Part shown: piece after piece, positions 61,504 through 64,000 of the stretch
How positions within the stretch are numbered: the stretch's first letter is position 1
Layout of the letters: each line of letters opens with the position of its first letter
NCBI RefSeq assembly: GCF_963921235.1
Contig: NC_086097.1
Span: 6,634,001 to 6,698,000 of the forward strand
DNA: 64,000 nt
Reading direction: 5' to 3'
Source: Mobula hypostoma
Lineage: Eukaryota
Made by a program: the position numbers and the translations under genes
The notes under the pieces: model-generated
Told to the model about the DNA's origin: nothing
What the model saw: the letters and a program-made list of their open reading frames with translations, nothing else
Database searches by the model: none

Positions 61504-63913
61504 TGTCATGGCCCGGTCCGTAAAATCCGCATTCCAGTTCACGGTCCGGTCCATGTTCCTTATTCCAGGTTTTCCCCAGTTTCCATTGAGGCAGCTGATT
61601 CTCGTTTGTGCTGGCTTCATAAATAGCTTCAGGATTCAGCCTCTGGCTGTAGTATATTTATGTAGTGTTAATAAGATCATGATTAGACTATGGAAGTATT
61701 GTATGCGGGTCAGCAGCAAAATCTGTGCTAGCAGAACTAGAAGGTGAGCTTGGGAGCGGTTAGAACTTCCCCAGTCTGTGCACTCCAAGTTGAAGCAAGT
61801 GAAATTCCATTGGGGCTGTGGCGTAAACAGCTGGAGGCCAATTACTGGATTAATTTAAGGGGCATGGTGATAGCCATCCTACAAAAAGGGTGTTGCAGAC
61901 ATGCTGGGAGAAGGAGAGGACACAAAAAGAAAGTTTTGGCTGGACAGGAGAGCAAACAGCAAAAGATATGGGTGTATACGATAAAGAGTTTTGTCCAAGT
62001 GTGGTGTGACCTGTCAGACCTTTCTGGGTATTAGAAAATCCCTCTGTAGATTTGGATTTGCTTAAGATTAAACACAGTAGTAAGCCGGTTGATATACTCA
62101 GTGAATATCATAGTTATAGGGAATGTAAGTATAAAGACATACAGATTTTTACTGATGGATCAAAGGATCCAGAAACAGGTGCAACAGGGTCTGCAATTGT
62201 TGTGCCAAGTTATCAAGTGGAAATTAGCAAGAGAACACCTGATTGCTTGAGTGTATAGGCAGTTCAAATGTTTGCCATATTGTTAACAGTAGAATGGAGT
62301 GAGCAGTTTGATTGTAATAATATTGTGATATGTAGCGATTCTGTGTCGGCCCTTGCAAGCATTAAGCCGGCTACAGCTAGAGGTCACCAGGATCTGTTTT
62401 ATGAAATCCAGTTTGCAAATTCAAGACACGCTAGACAAGGGCAAAAATATCACATTTATGTGGGTTCCAGCACATTTGGATATTATGGGAAATGAGACAG
62501 CAGATATGCTGGCAAAAGCAGCAGTCAAAAAAGGATCTATACAGGTCAATATTAAACTATCAAAATCAGAGGGGAAGAGCATAGTGTGGAGAAGGATAAA
62601 TCAACAGTGGCAGCAGCTTTGGGATAGAGCAATAAAAGGAAGACATTTACATTCAATTCAGAGCAGAGTAGATATAGGAAGAGGTAGGGGAGTAAAGCGG
62701 AAGGAGCAAGTAATTATAAGTAGACTGAGAATTGGGCACAGCAACCTTAATGGTACTCTGGCCATCATAAATAAGCATCCAACAGGTTTTTGCGATCTAT
62801 GTCAGGAGACTGAAACAGTAGAGCATATCCTTATTTCATGCCGGAATGTTGCACAGGAAAGGCAACAAATGTTACAACAATTACACAAACTAGGACTGGT
62901 AGAGAACAGCGTTAAAGGTTTATTGGAATGTGGGGAGAGTGATCAGGGGAGGAAATGGTTGTTTAGTTTTTTAAGGGCGACGGGGCTGGAAAGACGACTT
63001 TAAAGTGAATGGACAATGAGGGACAATAAATCCTGTAGATGGCAGTAATGCAACAGTGTGGATGCCAACTGCCGTCAAAACTCAAGGAAACATCTGGTTG
63101 CTGGATTGTTCCTATCCAAACCCCCTGTCTGAATCCCTTCCCTTCCCCTGCCTTTTGTTGCCTCGTCTGAGACCTTGCCTCACCTTATCTGAAGCCTTGC
63201 CTCACCTCGCTGCCTTGTGTTGAGAACCATCTCATCGTATTCTGCATTCTGCGTAAAGAGTCCCGGCCCTAAGTCCTGTTTTCAAGGAAGGGTCCTGGCT
63301 CTGTATTCTGTGTATGAGTCCCAGCCCTATGTCCTGTTTCCGAGGAGGGGCCCCGGCTCTGTGTTCCATGTTCCTGTCTCTCCCTAGACCAAGGCTCTGC
63401 GTTCCTGCCTCTCCCTCAACCAAGGCTCTGCGTTCCTGTCCAGGATTCTCACGTACAGTCCTGTTGCCTCTCCTCATCCTATAGCCACGTCTTGTCCTCG
63501 CCTAGTTCTGGAGTCCGAGCCTGAGTCAAGTCCCAGCTTTTGGGTCGCAGTCTCTAGCTGGGAGTCCATACCCAAGCCTCGAAGTACCCTAGCCTTGAAG
63601 AACCCAAGCCTCATCATGTCTTCGCCTAGATCCGGGGTCCGAGCCTGAGTCAAGACACAGGTGTTGGGTCCTTGTCCAGTCTCTGGCTCGTAGTCCAAGC
63701 CCAGGCTCGTAGTTCCAAGTTCCGTGTCCTGGTTCCGCTATCCTAGTCAAGTCCTAACCCAGGCCCTGTGTCCTTGTCTTGTCCAGGGCCTGTGTCATGT
63801 CCAGCGTCCTTTCTTCCCCACTTCACTTGCTTCCTTGACTACCTAGTCCTGTTCCCTGTGCTTCAGTGTCTGTGTCTTGCATTTAGGTCCGCCACCAGCG
63901 TCCCTTTATGACA
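61504..63913 (+). mobile_element. Solo LTR, same family as 45195-46509, containing a LINE insertion
   Basis: TGTCAT...ATGACA; 5-bp TSD ATAAG/AAAAG at 61499-61503 and 63914-63918. Confidence 0.85.
61650..63092 (+). mobile_element. I-group (Nimb/I-like) LINE 3' portion with RNase H and CCHC
   Basis: LDYGS, IFTDGSK, ICSDS, WVPAH..GNETADMLAK, RLRIGH, CDLC..ETVEHILISC; TSD TCTGG(C/T)TG at 61642-61649 and 63093-63100. Confidence 0.87.
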
Positions 63914-64000
63914 AAAAGCCTATTATGGCAAAAAAAGCCCTTTGTAAGTGCTTATGTTAAAAAACACTTTGGGTTTTTCTTCCACATCTATCTGTAGGTA

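Larger units (their letters stand above)
60560..64000 (-). mobile_element. Decayed Gypsy pol (RT/RNase H) split by a solo LTR
   Basis: YLQIDVEE..TYKGLF..NRL|IFG..RAMDQ..CYLDD joins across 61504-63913; QRWALIL..HGNADGLSHLP. Confidence 0.82.

Overview
Eukaryotic (vertebrate) genomic DNA, not prokaryotic. The repeat complement (V-SINE/HE1-type tRNA SINEs, CR1, Rex/Babar, RTE, Penelope, HERO, Gypsy) suggests a cartilaginous fish, probably a ray; this is inference. Most of the window is nested transposable elements, and I recognise no intact host protein-coding gene. Best-supported items: (1) a Sleeping Beauty-like Tc1 element with an internal inversion, apparently inserted into a near-intact HERO (R2-superfamily) retrotransposon; (2) a full-length CsRn1-type Gypsy provirus (9523-13893) with TSD, tRNA-Trp PBS, a -1 frameshift signal and three CGA>TGA stops in pol; (3) Penelope terminal repeats carrying minimal hammerhead ribozymes, including a 90-bp-arm palindrome with one ribozyme on each strand; (4) class I endogenous retrovirus pol remnants; (5) an RTE element with a twin-priming-type 5' inversion; (6) several solo LTRs and a triple-nested insertion; (7) a candidate minus-strand Pol II promoter and first exon near 59.9-60.06 kb, plus weak candidate exons. 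I found nothing I can demonstrate to be a wholly new system. Family assignments come from motif recognition only, with no database searches, and boundaries of old elements are approximate.
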